Below, piece after piece: positions 47,629-56,223 of a stretch of 64,000 nucleotides of DNA; position 1 is the stretch's first letter; every line of letters starts with the position of its first letter. The notes beneath the pieces were generated by a model that ran no database searches, had not been told where the DNA came from, and worked only from the letters and a program-made list of their open reading frames with translations. The stretch is from an uncultured Gammaproteobacteria bacterium (GTDB lineage Bacteria > Patescibacteriota > Microgenomatia > UBA12405), in NCBI GenBank assembly GCA_964549165.1, contig CAZJUH010000001.1, positions 863-64,862 on the forward strand, written 5' to 3'. Both the position numbers and the translations under genes were made by a program.

Positions 47629-48222
47629 CTATTTAATAAGCCCTACCGGCATATACCAGGTAAAAGGTTTTTTACAGAGTGGGCAAGTCACCGGTGGTTT
47701 CTTTCCAAAAAAAGTATAGCCGCAGTTAACACACTTCCATTCCATTTCTGTTTCGCTGTCATACAGAGTTTTATCGTCCATCTTTCGGGCAATAATAATA
47801 TATCTTTCTTCATGTAATTTCTCCACTTCTTTTAATTTTCCAAACAATCTTTCTGCTTCGGCCGCCATAGCTTTAGCGTCGGCGGCGCTCGCTGATTCCT
47901 TTTCCTCTCTCGCCATTTTTTCAAAATCAGGGTACATTGTGGTCCACTCATATTTTTCGCCCTCGGCAGCCATTTTTAAATTCTCTACAGTACTGGTTGA
48001 AAATGGTGCAATTCCTAATTCACCAGTAGTTGTTACTGGTCCGGTAATTAGTTCAAATTCCTCTCCGGCGTGAACTCTCTCATTTTCCGCCGTTTCTTCA
48101 AACACCCTGGCTATCCATTCCAAGTTTTCTTTTCTGGCCATTTTAGCAAACTGAGTGTATTTATTTCTGGCTTGTGACTCACCAGCGAAAGCTTTTAGGA
48201 GGTTTTGTTGTGTTTGACTCAT
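47629..48222 (-). CDS. Rubrerythrin (ferritin-like diiron domain + C-terminal rubredoxin-like CxxC...CxxC)
   Basis: 197 aa. E...ExxH diiron motifs and C-terminal CVNCGYTFFG...CPLCKKP. Confidence 0.8.
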   Translation of the reverse strand: MSQTQQNLLKAFAGESQARNKYTQFAKMARKENLEWIARVFEETAENERVHAGEEFELITGPVTTTGELGIAPFSTSTVENLKMAAEGEKYEWTTMYPDFEKMAREEKESASAADAKAMAAEAERLFGKLKEVEKLHEERYIIIARKMDDKTLYDSETEMEWKCVNCGYTFFGKKPPVTCPLCKKPFTWYMPVGLIK

Positions 48223-48292
48223 ACTTAATTCTACACCCCTCTTGTTAAAGAGGGGGTTGGGGGAGATTGAGAATTTGTACTATAATTATTTT

Positions 48293-48601
48293 ATGAAAGG
48301 TTTTCTTAATTTTATCCGTGAGCAAGGTGTTGTCGGTCTAGCCGTCGGTTTTATTTTCGGTGGTGCTGTGGCTAAATTTGTCACTGCCTTTATTACCGAC
48401 CTAATTAGCCCTATTTTAGGCGTAATTTTAGGTTTAGCTGGTGGTTTAAAAGATGCTTCTCTTAACATTGGTCCGGTTAAATTATTTTATGGCGACTTTA
48501 TTTCTTCGTTTATCGACTTTTTAGTTATCGCCTTTGTAGTTTATTTTGGGGTCAAACTACTCCGTCTCGATCGTTTAGATAAGCCAAAATCTTCTAAATA
48601 A
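48293..48601 (+). CDS. mscL: Large-conductance mechanosensitive channel MscL (start reassigned to internal Met)
   Basis: MKGFLNFIREQGVVGLAVGFIFGGAVAKFV matches the MscL N-terminus. The track ORF's 5' extension (48242-48292) is a repeat-element copy and is probably not coding. Confidence 0.75.
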   Translation: MKGFLNFIREQGVVGLAVGFIFGGAVAKFVTAFITDLISPILGVILGLAGGLKDASLNIGPVKLFYGDFISSFIDFLVIAFVVYFGVKLLRLDRLDKPKSSK

Positions 48602-48659
48602 AAAATGTTAAAATTCAAACCATATGAATTGTAATTGTAATTGTAACGGCAAATGTAAA

Positions 48660-48980
48660 ATGTTGGGTGGCTTAGAACAAAAAGTTATGGAAGCTCTTTG
48701 GTCAAGTGATACCCCACTTAAACCTTCCGAGGTTTTAGTTAAAGTCAATGGTGATCACGCTTACACCACTATCATGACCGTTTTAAAAAGGATAACCGAT
48801 AAAAAAATTGTCAAAAGAGAATTAAAAAACCGAGTTTACTACTATCAGGCCACGGTCGACAAGTGTACTTTTGCCGCCGATTCTTTAGAAGATCTTTTTG
48901 AGCGTCTTTTTTCTTCTTATGGGGACCACACCGTCACCGCCTTCCAAAAAACCGCCAAAAAGCACGGCATTAAACTCTAA
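48660..48980 (+). CDS. BlaI/MecI/CopY-family transcriptional repressor (likely copper-responsive CopY-like)
   Basis: MLGGLEQKVMEALW...PLKPSEVL...AYTTIMTVLKRITDKKIV is a winged-helix of the penicillinase-repressor family. The upstream (aattgt)3 MNCNCN extension is probably untranslated. The neighbouring genes carry cop boxes. Confidence 0.6.
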   Translation: MLGGLEQKVMEALWSSDTPLKPSEVLVKVNGDHAYTTIMTVLKRITDKKIVKRELKNRVYYYQATVDKCTFAADSLEDLFERLFSSYGDHTVTAFQKTAKKHGIKL

Positions 48981-49690
48981 TATTTTGGATATTTTTCCCC
49001 ACTCAAAGTTGTCTCCATAAATTTTTCCGGATCAAAATTAATTTCAAATACTTCTTTTAACACAATTTTAGCGATATAAGCATTTCCTAATTGGTTTGGA
49101 TGTCCCGGATCAGTTTCTCGTCCAATGTTTTTATATTCACTTGTTTTTAGCGTATATATCTTTTCCAAATCATACTTTTTATATTCTGAAAAAGCATCAT
49201 AAACTCTCTGATTTTCTTCCTTTTCTATCGACAATGTTGTTTTATTGTAATCTTCATATTTTGTATTTCTATCTTCTCTCATTTCCGTTAAACTGGTCAT
49301 CCAAAAAACTTCTATTCCTTTAAATTTACTCATCAGATTTTCAATATTACTTTTTGTTTCCTCAACTTTAATCCCTAATGTTGGGTCATTTCCACCCATG
49401 AGGCTAATAATTAAATCAGGTTTAATTTCCAAAATTTCATCTGTTTTTTTCAAAATATCTCTGGTTGTCGACCCATCAAATCCAAAATTAAAACATCTAA
49501 TTCCCCAGGAGGGAATTTTCCAATCTTCAAATTTATTTTCCAATTCTTGTTTTAATACATATTCCACAATTTCTCGCCAATTCGGGTGTATCCACTCACA
49601 ACTAGTTAAAGAATCTCCCACAAAAACAATATTAAATTTATTATCTTTGATTAATTTTTTCTTAACTTCTTTTAAATAACTCATCACCAA
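48977..49690 (-). CDS. SGNH/GDSL-family hydrolase
   Basis: 237 aa. Block I FVGDSLT, block III GGND, block V near the C-terminus. Confidence 0.7.
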   Translation of the reverse strand: MVMSYLKEVKKKLIKDNKFNIVFVGDSLTSCEWIHPNWREIVEYVLKQELENKFEDWKIPSWGIRCFNFGFDGSTTRDILKKTDEILEIKPDLIISLMGGNDPTLGIKVEETKSNIENLMSKFKGIEVFWMTSLTEMREDRNTKYEDYNKTTLSIEKEENQRVYDAFSEYKKYDLEKIYTLKTSEYKNIGRETDPGHPNQLGNAYIAKIVLKEVFEINFDPEKFMETTLSGEKYPKY

Positions 49691-49726
49691 ATTTTACCAT
49701 TTATAAATATTGTAATATTATTAACT

Positions 49727-50086
49727 ATGAAAGATGACCAAAATTGGAAAATTGTTTATTATCACGACTCTCAAGGTCAAGAACCAGTCTATGAATTTAT
49801 CGAGTCATTGGATTCAAATGTTCAAGCCAAACTTTCCAATACTTTCGATCTATTGATCCAGTTCGGTATTAAACTCGGATTACCACACGTTAAAAAAGTA
49901 ACTAATACTGATCTTTGGGAATTAAGAATTTTGGGAGTTGATAATATTCGTATTTTTTATATTGCCTCAACTGGTCGTCAATTTTTATTACTTCACGGAT
50001 ATATTAAAAAATCTCAAAAGACAGATAAGAAAAATTTAAAGATAGCGATCTCTCGGCTAAAAGAATTCAAACAACATAGTTCTTGA
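49727..50086 (+). CDS. RelE/ParE-superfamily toxin (HigB / Gp49-like)
   Basis: 119 aa (WKIVYY...LWELRI...IRIFYI...QFLLLHGYIKKSQKT). Followed by an HTH antitoxin. Confidence 0.55.
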   Translation: MKDDQNWKIVYYHDSQGQEPVYEFIESLDSNVQAKLSNTFDLLIQFGIKLGLPHVKKVTNTDLWELRILGVDNIRIFYIASTGRQFLLLHGYIKKSQKTDKKNLKIAISRLKEFKQHSS

Positions 50087-50117
50087 TATATCACAAAATT
50101 GTGATATTATATAAAAC

Positions 50118-50387
50118 ATGGATTGGGAAACACATAAAAAACAATTATTAAAAAAAACTGAATTTAAAAAGGCCCTTAAAGATTCTGAATTAGAATTTCA
50201 GATTGCTAAATCAGTTATCGAGGCTAGGTTAAAAAAGGGTTTAACTCAAAAACAACTAGCTAAAAAGTTAAACACTAAACAATCGGTTATTTCTCGATTA
50301 GAAAACATTAAAACCACCCCCTCACTCTCTTTTCTTAAAAAATTAGCAGTTGCCACCGGTAGTAAACTAACCGTTACTTTTCAGTAA
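50118..50387 (+). CDS. XRE-family HTH antitoxin (HigA-like)
   Basis: 89 aa with HTH LTQKQLAKKLNTKQSVISRLEN. Confidence 0.6.
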   Translation: MDWETHKKQLLKKTEFKKALKDSELEFQIAKSVIEARLKKGLTQKQLAKKLNTKQSVISRLENIKTTPSLSFLKKLAVATGSKLTVTFQ

Positions 50388-50406
50388 TTGACAATCACCA
50401 CTTCTA

Positions 50407-50422
50407 TACTACACTTGTAGTA
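50407..50422 (+). promoter_or_regulatory. cop box operator (TACAnnTGTA) upstream of the HMA/DsbD-like gene
   Basis: TACTACACTTGTAGTA is a perfect 16-bp palindrome containing TACACTTGTA, 5 nt before the ATG at 50428. Confidence 0.6.
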
Positions 50423-50427
50423 TTCAA

Positions 50428-51753
50428 ATGGCTAAAAAAACAAAATCCACCACTTATTCCGTTGCCGGCACTCATTGTCGTTCCTGTGAACTTTTAATTG
50501 AAAATGAAGTCAAAAAACTCTCCGGTGTCAAAAACGTCTCTGCATCTTCCACCGATGGTACCGTTAAAATCGAATATCAAAAATCCAAACCCGACCTAAA
50601 CACCCTTAATAAAATATTTAAAGAAAATAATTATGTATTTACAACAGAATTAAATCACCCCTCCTTGTCAAGGGAGGGGTTGGGGGTGGGTTTAGATAAA
50701 AAAGGGGGCTTATTTTTTTCTATTTTTATCGTTGCCCTCCTTTGTCTAATTTATTTTTTTCTCCTAAAATCCGATCTTTTACCAAAATTTAATGTTTCCG
50801 TCACTTCCTATCCACCGGCTTTTTTTATATTTGGTCTCCTTGCCGGTTTCTCCACTTGTGCTGCTTTGGTTGGTGGCTTAGTTTTATCTCTGTCTCAATC
50901 CTGGTCTCAATATAAATTAGTTCCCGTCATTTCTTTTAATTTAGGCCGTTTAATTATTTTTGCTATTTTAGGCGGTATTTTGGGATATTTTGGTAGTTTT
51001 TTTCGTCTCTCTATTACTTTAAATATCATCATTACAGTTCTAGTTTCTCTCTTGATGCTTATTTTGGGCCTTCAAATGTTAGGGATTAAGGCCTTTCAAA
51101 AATTTTCTTTGGCCCTTCCCAAATCTTTTACCAGTAAATTTTCTTCCGCTGATAAATTCCAAGGCAAATATTTACCTTTTATTTTAGGTGGTCTGACTTT
51201 TTTTCTACCCTGTGGTTTTACCCTAACTACTCAAAGTTTAGCTTTAGCTTCGGGATCTCCTGTAACCGGTGCTCTTATCATGGGCTTTTTTGCCCTTGGT
51301 ACTTTTATCCCTCTATTTTTAATTGGCTTAACTGGTACCAAAATTACCGGTAATAAAACTGTTTCCCAAATCGCCGGCCTTTTACTTTTAATTTTTGCTT
51401 TTTTTAATCTCAAAAGTCAATTTAATCTTTTAGATTTTAATCATTCTTTTTCAAATCAAAATATTTCTCAGTCTAGTGAAACCGTTATTTTAAAAATGTC
51501 TGCTTCCGCCACCGGCTACACCCCAAATAATTTTAAAGTTAAGGCTGGTCAAAAGGTCCGTTGGGAAATTACCGATACCGGCACTAGTGGTTGTACCAAT
51601 GGGGTTGTTGCTCGCTCTCTGTTCCAGGGAGTCATCAACTTAGTTCCTGGGACCACCTCCATCAAAGAATTTACTGCTCCCACCACCCCGGGCACCTATC
51701 GTTTTTCCTGTTGGATGGGTATGATTAGCGGCACTATCGAAGTGATAAACTAA
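50428..51753 (+). CDS. Fusion protein: N-terminal heavy-metal-associated (HMA) domain, DsbD/CcdA-like thiol-disulfide TM core, C-terminal cupredoxin-like domain
   Basis: 441 aa. HMA fold with CRSC; TM1 FSTCAAL and TM4 FFLPCGF paired Cys as in CcdA/DsbD; C-terminal beta domain ending GTYRFSCWMGMISGTIEV. A GC hairpin element is inserted between HMA and the TM domain. Confidence 0.55.
   Translation: MAKKTKSTTYSVAGTHCRSCELLIENEVKKLSGVKNVSASSTDGTVKIEYQKSKPDLNTLNKIFKENNYVFTTELNHPSLSREGLGVGLDKKGGLFFSIFIVALLCLIYFFLLKSDLLPKFNVSVTSYPPAFFIFGLLAGFSTCAALVGGLVLSLSQSWSQYKLVPVISFNLGRLIIFAILGGILGYFGSFFRLSITLNIIITVLVSLLMLILGLQMLGIKAFQKFSLALPKSFTSKFSSADKFQGKYLPFILGGLTFFLPCGFTLTTQSLALASGSPVTGALIMGFFALGTFIPLFLIGLTGTKITGNKTVSQIAGLLLLIFAFFNLKSQFNLLDFNHSFSNQNISQSSETVILKMSASATGYTPNNFKVKAGQKVRWEITDTGTSGCTNGVVARSLFQGVINLVPGTTSIKEFTAPTTPGTYRFSCWMGMISGTIEVIN
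50657..50692. repeat. GC-rich hairpin element, in-frame copy in the HMA/DsbD-like gene
   Basis: CACCCCTCCTTGTCAAGGGAGGGGTTGGGGGTGGG is the near-consensus copy. Confidence 0.8.
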
Positions 51754-51791
51754 AATCTTGACACTTCGGGTTATATTCGGTAATATTTAGT

Positions 51792-52613
51792 ATGGAAAAT
51801 GACAAATTAGCTCTCTTTGAAGGCAAACAAGTTCGAAAAACTTTTTATAAAAATGATTGGTGGTTTTCTATCATTGATGTAATTTTTGTTTTAACCGATT
51901 CTGACCGACCCAGAAAATATTGGAGTGATTTAAAAACTAAAATTAATAATGAAGGTTATGGTCAGTTGTCCGAAAATATCGGACAACTGAAATTAATTGC
52001 CTCTGATGGAAAAAAATATCTTTCAGATTGTGCAAATACTCAAACTTTACTTCGTATTATCCAAACCATTCCTTCTCCTAAGGCCGAACCATTTAAACAA
52101 TGGCTGGCTCAAGTTGGCCACGAACGCATTCAAGAAATTGAAAATCCAGAATTGGCCATGGATCGAATGAAAGCTATTTATGAAAAGAAAGGCTACCCCT
52201 CTGAGTGGATTGATAAACGTGCCCGGGGTATTGCTGTCCGGCACACTTTAACCGATGAGTGGAAAAATAGGGGAGTCAAACGTGGCCTAGATTTTGCCAT
52301 TCTCACTAACGAAATTATGGAAAGTGGATTTGGATTAACAGTTTCAGAATATAAAAAATTAAAAGGTTTAAAACGCGAAAATTTACGTGACCATATGGAT
52401 GATATTGAATTAATTTTGACCATGCTTGGTGAGGCTTCAACCACCAAATTTACCCAAGACCGCGATACCAAAGATATCCCTAATCTCAAAATAGACGCCC
52501 AAGATGGTGGTCATGTTGTCAAAGTCGCCCGTAACGAAATTGAATCAAAATCGCCAAAACCAGTCATTTCCTCAAAAAATAATCTCAATATTACTCAAAA
52601 ACCTATTAAATAG
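51792..52613 (+). CDS. Bro-N domain protein (DinD / antirepressor-like)
   Basis: 273 aa. The N-terminus (LALFEGKQVRKTFYKNDWWFSIIDVIFVL) follows the Bro-N pattern. Confidence 0.4.
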   Translation: MENDKLALFEGKQVRKTFYKNDWWFSIIDVIFVLTDSDRPRKYWSDLKTKINNEGYGQLSENIGQLKLIASDGKKYLSDCANTQTLLRIIQTIPSPKAEPFKQWLAQVGHERIQEIENPELAMDRMKAIYEKKGYPSEWIDKRARGIAVRHTLTDEWKNRGVKRGLDFAILTNEIMESGFGLTVSEYKKLKGLKRENLRDHMDDIELILTMLGEASTTKFTQDRDTKDIPNLKIDAQDGGHVVKVARNEIESKSPKPVISSKNNLNITQKPIK

Positions 52614-52890
52614 TTCTGTTTTCTTTACGAACTTTTTCCGCTAACCACACCTTCATTAATGATTGATATGGTATGTCTCTTTTATTGGCTAACCTTTTTA
52701 AATCTGATAATAGAGACAATGGTAATCGTAAAGTAATTGGTTTTGAGGTTGGTTTCAGTTCTGAAAAATCAAATTCAACTTTATTTGACATATCAAAATA
52801 TTCAGTTGTATCGTGGGTTGACCAAAACTCGCGTTCTTGATCTTCATTTTTAAATTTTGGTATTGGTTTAATTTTGTTTTTCATTATCAA
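52606..52890 (-). CDS. BrnA-like / CopG-family type II antitoxin (orphan: no BrnT partner recognised)
   Basis: 94 aa. IKPIPKFKNEDQEREFWSTHDTTEYF ... LRLPLSLLSDLKRLANKRDIPYQSLMKVWL is typical of BrnA. Confidence 0.5.
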   Translation of the reverse strand: MIMKNKIKPIPKFKNEDQEREFWSTHDTTEYFDMSNKVEFDFSELKPTSKPITLRLPLSLLSDLKRLANKRDIPYQSLMKVWLAEKVRKENRTI

Positions 52891-52913
52891 TTATATCTTG
52901 ATAAACTAGTTTT

Positions 52914-53519
52914 ATGATTAAAGCGGTAACTTTTGACCTTGATGGTGTTTATTTTACCCAGGATTCTATCGACGCTTTTATTAAAAATTTTCCCAAAAAA
53001 ATCACTGACCCGGAACGTATGCTTTATGTTCTTGCCAAATCCGACGAGATGGCCAAGTTTAAAAAGGGGACTCTGACAGAGGTCGATTATTGGTCCTATG
53101 TCCAAAAAGAATTTAGTATCGAAATTTCTTTAGATGAAATCACTCAATTATTTATGGATTCCTATAAAGTAGACCCCAATGTTGTTGAAGTAGTCAAAAA
53201 AGTCCGTAAATTAGGTATAAAAACCTGTATTTGCACCAATAATTATTCCACCCGTATCAATGCTTTAAATAAAAAATTTAATTTTTTAAACGATTTTGAT
53301 GTCCAAGTTTTTTCCTATCAAGTTGCTGCCATGAAACCGGATCTAAAAATTTTTCAATCCTTAATTGAAAAGTCTGAATGTCAACCAAATGAAATTGTTT
53401 TTGCCGATGATAAACAATCCAATGTCGACGCCGCTCTTTCCCTTGGCATCAATGCTTTTCTTTATAATGGTTTTGAAGATTTCCTTTCTCATTTAAAACA
53501 GCAGGGTATTGCATTCTGA
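52914..53519 (+). CDS. HAD-superfamily hydrolase
   Basis: 201 aa. Motif I FDLDGV, motif II T, motif III/IV ...ADDKQSNVDAA. Confidence 0.75.
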   Translation: MIKAVTFDLDGVYFTQDSIDAFIKNFPKKITDPERMLYVLAKSDEMAKFKKGTLTEVDYWSYVQKEFSIEISLDEITQLFMDSYKVDPNVVEVVKKVRKLGIKTCICTNNYSTRINALNKKFNFLNDFDVQVFSYQVAAMKPDLKIFQSLIEKSECQPNEIVFADDKQSNVDAALSLGINAFLYNGFEDFLSHLKQQGIAF

Positions 53520-53528
53520 ATACCACTC

Positions 53529-53544
53529 TACTACACTTGTAGTA
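53529..53544 (+). promoter_or_regulatory. cop box operator overlapping the copA start
   Basis: The identical palindrome TACTACACTTGTAGTA. Its last A is the A of the copA ATG. Confidence 0.6.
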
Positions 53545-55676
53545 TGTCATCTCAAAGCAAGGTGGAAACTCTGAATATTGCCGGCATGCATTGCGCTTCC
53601 TGCGCCCTGCTTATCAAAAAATCTCTGGAATCTGTCAAAGGTGTCGAAACTGCCTCGGTTAACTATGCTTCCCAAAAAGCCGTTATTAAATATGATTCAA
53701 ATCAAACTGATATCCGAGATCTGACATCTGCAATCACCAAAAGTGGCTACCGGGTTGTTGCTCAAAAGGTCGATGAAGCCGCCGAAAGCCGCATTTATCG
53801 CACCCGCTTTTTTCTTTCTTTATTCCTAACTCTCCCTCTGTTCCTTTTTATGTTTTTTCCTTTTCCTCTCGAATCTAGAATCTCGTTTCTAGTCTCTCTT
53901 TTCTTAACTACTCTCAACGTTTTCATTATTGGTCGCAATTTTTATCTTGGTTTTTGGGCGGCCTTGAAACTAAAAACCTCAACTATGGATTCTCTTATCG
54001 CCATTGGCACTTTTTCTGCCTATCTTTTTAGTCTCGTAACTCACACCCACCATTATTTTGAAGTCGCTGCTTCCCTCGTCACTTTTGTGACCTTAGGTAA
54101 ATGGCTCGAGTCCCTGGCGAAGGCCAAAACTTCAGCCGCTCTCAGTAAATTAGTCGACTTATCTCCAAAATTCGCTCATTTAAAAAATGGTAAAGAGTTT
54201 AAGGATATTCCCGTAAATACGGTAAAAATAAACGATATTCTTTTAGTAAAATCCGGTGAAATTATTCCTCTGGATGCTACTGTTGTCACCGGTTCTTCTT
54301 CAGTCGATCAATCCTCATTAACCGGTGAAAGTATCCCTGTCGATTTAGTTGCTGGCGACAAAGTTTTTGCCGGCACTCAAAATTTAACTGGTGTTTTAGA
54401 AATAAAAGTAACTTTTGATTCAAACAATTCTCTGCTATCTAGAATTATCAAAATGGTTGACGAGGCTCAAAGTACTCGGGCTCCCATTCAAAATTTCGCC
54501 GACAAAATTTCTTCCATTTTTGTTCCTACTGTTTTAATAATTGCCACCATAACTTTTATTTTTTGGTTTTTTATTCTTCGTTCGACTTTAGAATTTAGTC
54601 TCTTGACCTTTATTTCGGTCATTGTCATTGCCTGTCCCTGTGCTCTGGGTCTCGCCACTCCCACCGCCGTCATGGTGGCTACTGGACTTGCCGCCAAGTT
54701 CGGAATACTAATCAAGGGCGGGGAAGCTCTTCAAAATGCGGTTGATATCAATGCCATTGCCTTTGACAAAACTGGCACCCTCACCACTGGCACTCCAGTT
54801 GTAACTGGCTTTAAAAATATCAGCCAAATTTCTGACTCAAAAATATTAGAAATAGCCCATGCTCTTGAAATAAATTCAACCCATCCTTTGGCAAAGGCAA
54901 TTATCAATTTTTGTAAATCAAAAGGGATTGAAGATTGTAGTCTGAAGATTGAAAATTTCAAAACTCTTCCGGGCTTTGGTCTTAGTGGTGAAATTGGTAA
55001 AGATAAATATTTTCTAGGCAAAACTAAATCTTCCCAAATCGAACTCACCAAAAATAATAAATCTTTGGCGACTTTTATTATCAAGGACACGGTTAAACCA
55101 GAATCAATTTTGGCCATTAAAAAACTGCAACAAAATAATTATCACGTTTATTTAGTTTCTGGTGATAGTCGTGCCAATTCTATCGCTATTGCCTCTGAGT
55201 TATCTATTCCTTCTGATCATGTTTTTGCTGATGTTTTACCCGATCAAAAGGCCGAAATTATTAAAAATCTGCAAAATTCCGTCATTGCGAGCGAAGCGAA
55301 GCAATCTTTACATATCGCCTTTGTTGGCGATGGTATCAACGACTCTGTTGCTCTGACTCAATCAGATCTGGGTATTGTCATGGGTTCTGGTTCTGATATT
55401 GCCATCGAGTCGGGCAATGTCGTTATTATGAACAACAATCTCCAAAGCCTTATTACTCTTTTTGATATTTCCAAAACTTCTCTCAAAAAGATAAAGCAAA
55501 ATCTTTTCTATGCCCTCATTTATAATCTCATTGGCATTCCCATCGCCGCCGGTCTTTTAAATCCTCTTGGCGTCACCCTCCGTCCTGAGTTTGCCGCTCT
55601 GGCCATGTCATTGTCTAGTGTCAGTGTGGTTTTAAATTCTTTATCTCTTAATCGTTACCGCTTTAAGGTAAAATAA
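53544..55676 (+). CDS. copA: Copper-translocating P1B-type ATPase
   Basis: 710 aa. N-terminal HMA with GMHCASC, TM CPC motif (IACPCALGLATP), DKTGTLT, GDGINDS. Contains a heptad-repeat insertion (EDCSLKIENF). Confidence 0.9.
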   Translation: MSSQSKVETLNIAGMHCASCALLIKKSLESVKGVETASVNYASQKAVIKYDSNQTDIRDLTSAITKSGYRVVAQKVDEAAESRIYRTRFFLSLFLTLPLFLFMFFPFPLESRISFLVSLFLTTLNVFIIGRNFYLGFWAALKLKTSTMDSLIAIGTFSAYLFSLVTHTHHYFEVAASLVTFVTLGKWLESLAKAKTSAALSKLVDLSPKFAHLKNGKEFKDIPVNTVKINDILLVKSGEIIPLDATVVTGSSSVDQSSLTGESIPVDLVAGDKVFAGTQNLTGVLEIKVTFDSNNSLLSRIIKMVDEAQSTRAPIQNFADKISSIFVPTVLIIATITFIFWFFILRSTLEFSLLTFISVIVIACPCALGLATPTAVMVATGLAAKFGILIKGGEALQNAVDINAIAFDKTGTLTTGTPVVTGFKNISQISDSKILEIAHALEINSTHPLAKAIINFCKSKGIEDCSLKIENFKTLPGFGLSGEIGKDKYFLGKTKSSQIELTKNNKSLATFIIKDTVKPESILAIKKLQQNNYHVYLVSGDSRANSIAIASELSIPSDHVFADVLPDQKAEIIKNLQNSVIASEAKQSLHIAFVGDGINDSVALTQSDLGIVMGSGSDIAIESGNVVIMNNNLQSLITLFDISKTSLKKIKQNLFYALIYNLIGIPIAAGLLNPLGVTLRPEFAALAMSLSSVSVVLNSLSLNRYRFKVK

Positions 55677-55680
55677 CTCT

Positions 55681-56184
55681 ATGCTTTCTTTTATTCTTTG
55701 CCTCGCTGTAGCCTTTAGCGTCAGCGGGTTTATCGCCTCTACAGCCTATGCTCAGTGTCCCATCTGTATTGTTACTGTTGGTGGAGGGATGCTGATTGCC
55801 AAAAAACTTGGTATCGATGATTTTTTAGTTTCTATTTGGATTTCTGCCTTAAATACGGCCATTGCTTTTTGGTTGGCCCCAAAAATAAAAATTAAATTGC
55901 TTAATAATGGACACATCCTTGCTCTTCTGTTGCTCGCCACCACCCTTTTGTATTTTCAATTTACCGATCAAATTGGCTCGGCCACCAATCGACTCTTAGG
56001 TCTCGACAAAATTGTTTTTGGCCAGATTGTTGGTCTAATTGCCATGACTCTCGGTAGCCACTTATATTTATTTTTGAAAAAACGCAACGGTGGTAAAACT
56101 ATTTTCCCCTATGCTCGGGTTGTTTTCCCCGTTTCTCTAGTTCTTTTGGCCACCTTGATCTTTAAACTCATTTTTAAATTATAA
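55681..56184 (+). CDS. Small polytopic membrane protein, unknown function
   Basis: 167 aa. Signal-like N-terminus and 4 hydrophobic segments. Co-directional with copA, separated by 4 nt. Confidence 0.4.
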   Translation: MLSFILCLAVAFSVSGFIASTAYAQCPICIVTVGGGMLIAKKLGIDDFLVSIWISALNTAIAFWLAPKIKIKLLNNGHILALLLLATTLLYFQFTDQIGSATNRLLGLDKIVFGQIVGLIAMTLGSHLYLFLKKRNGGKTIFPYARVVFPVSLVLLATLIFKLIFKL

Positions 56185-56223
56185 AATCTTTCCTAAGCCG
56201 AGAGGGATTTAGTACAATATAGT

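Noticed and set aside
52887-53105. Minus-strand ORF upstream of the BrnA-like gene as the BrnT toxin
   Set aside because: It overlaps the well-supported HAD hydrolase gene on the opposite strand and shows no BrnT-like motifs. Only 23 nt separate brnA from the HAD start, so brnA is called an orphan.
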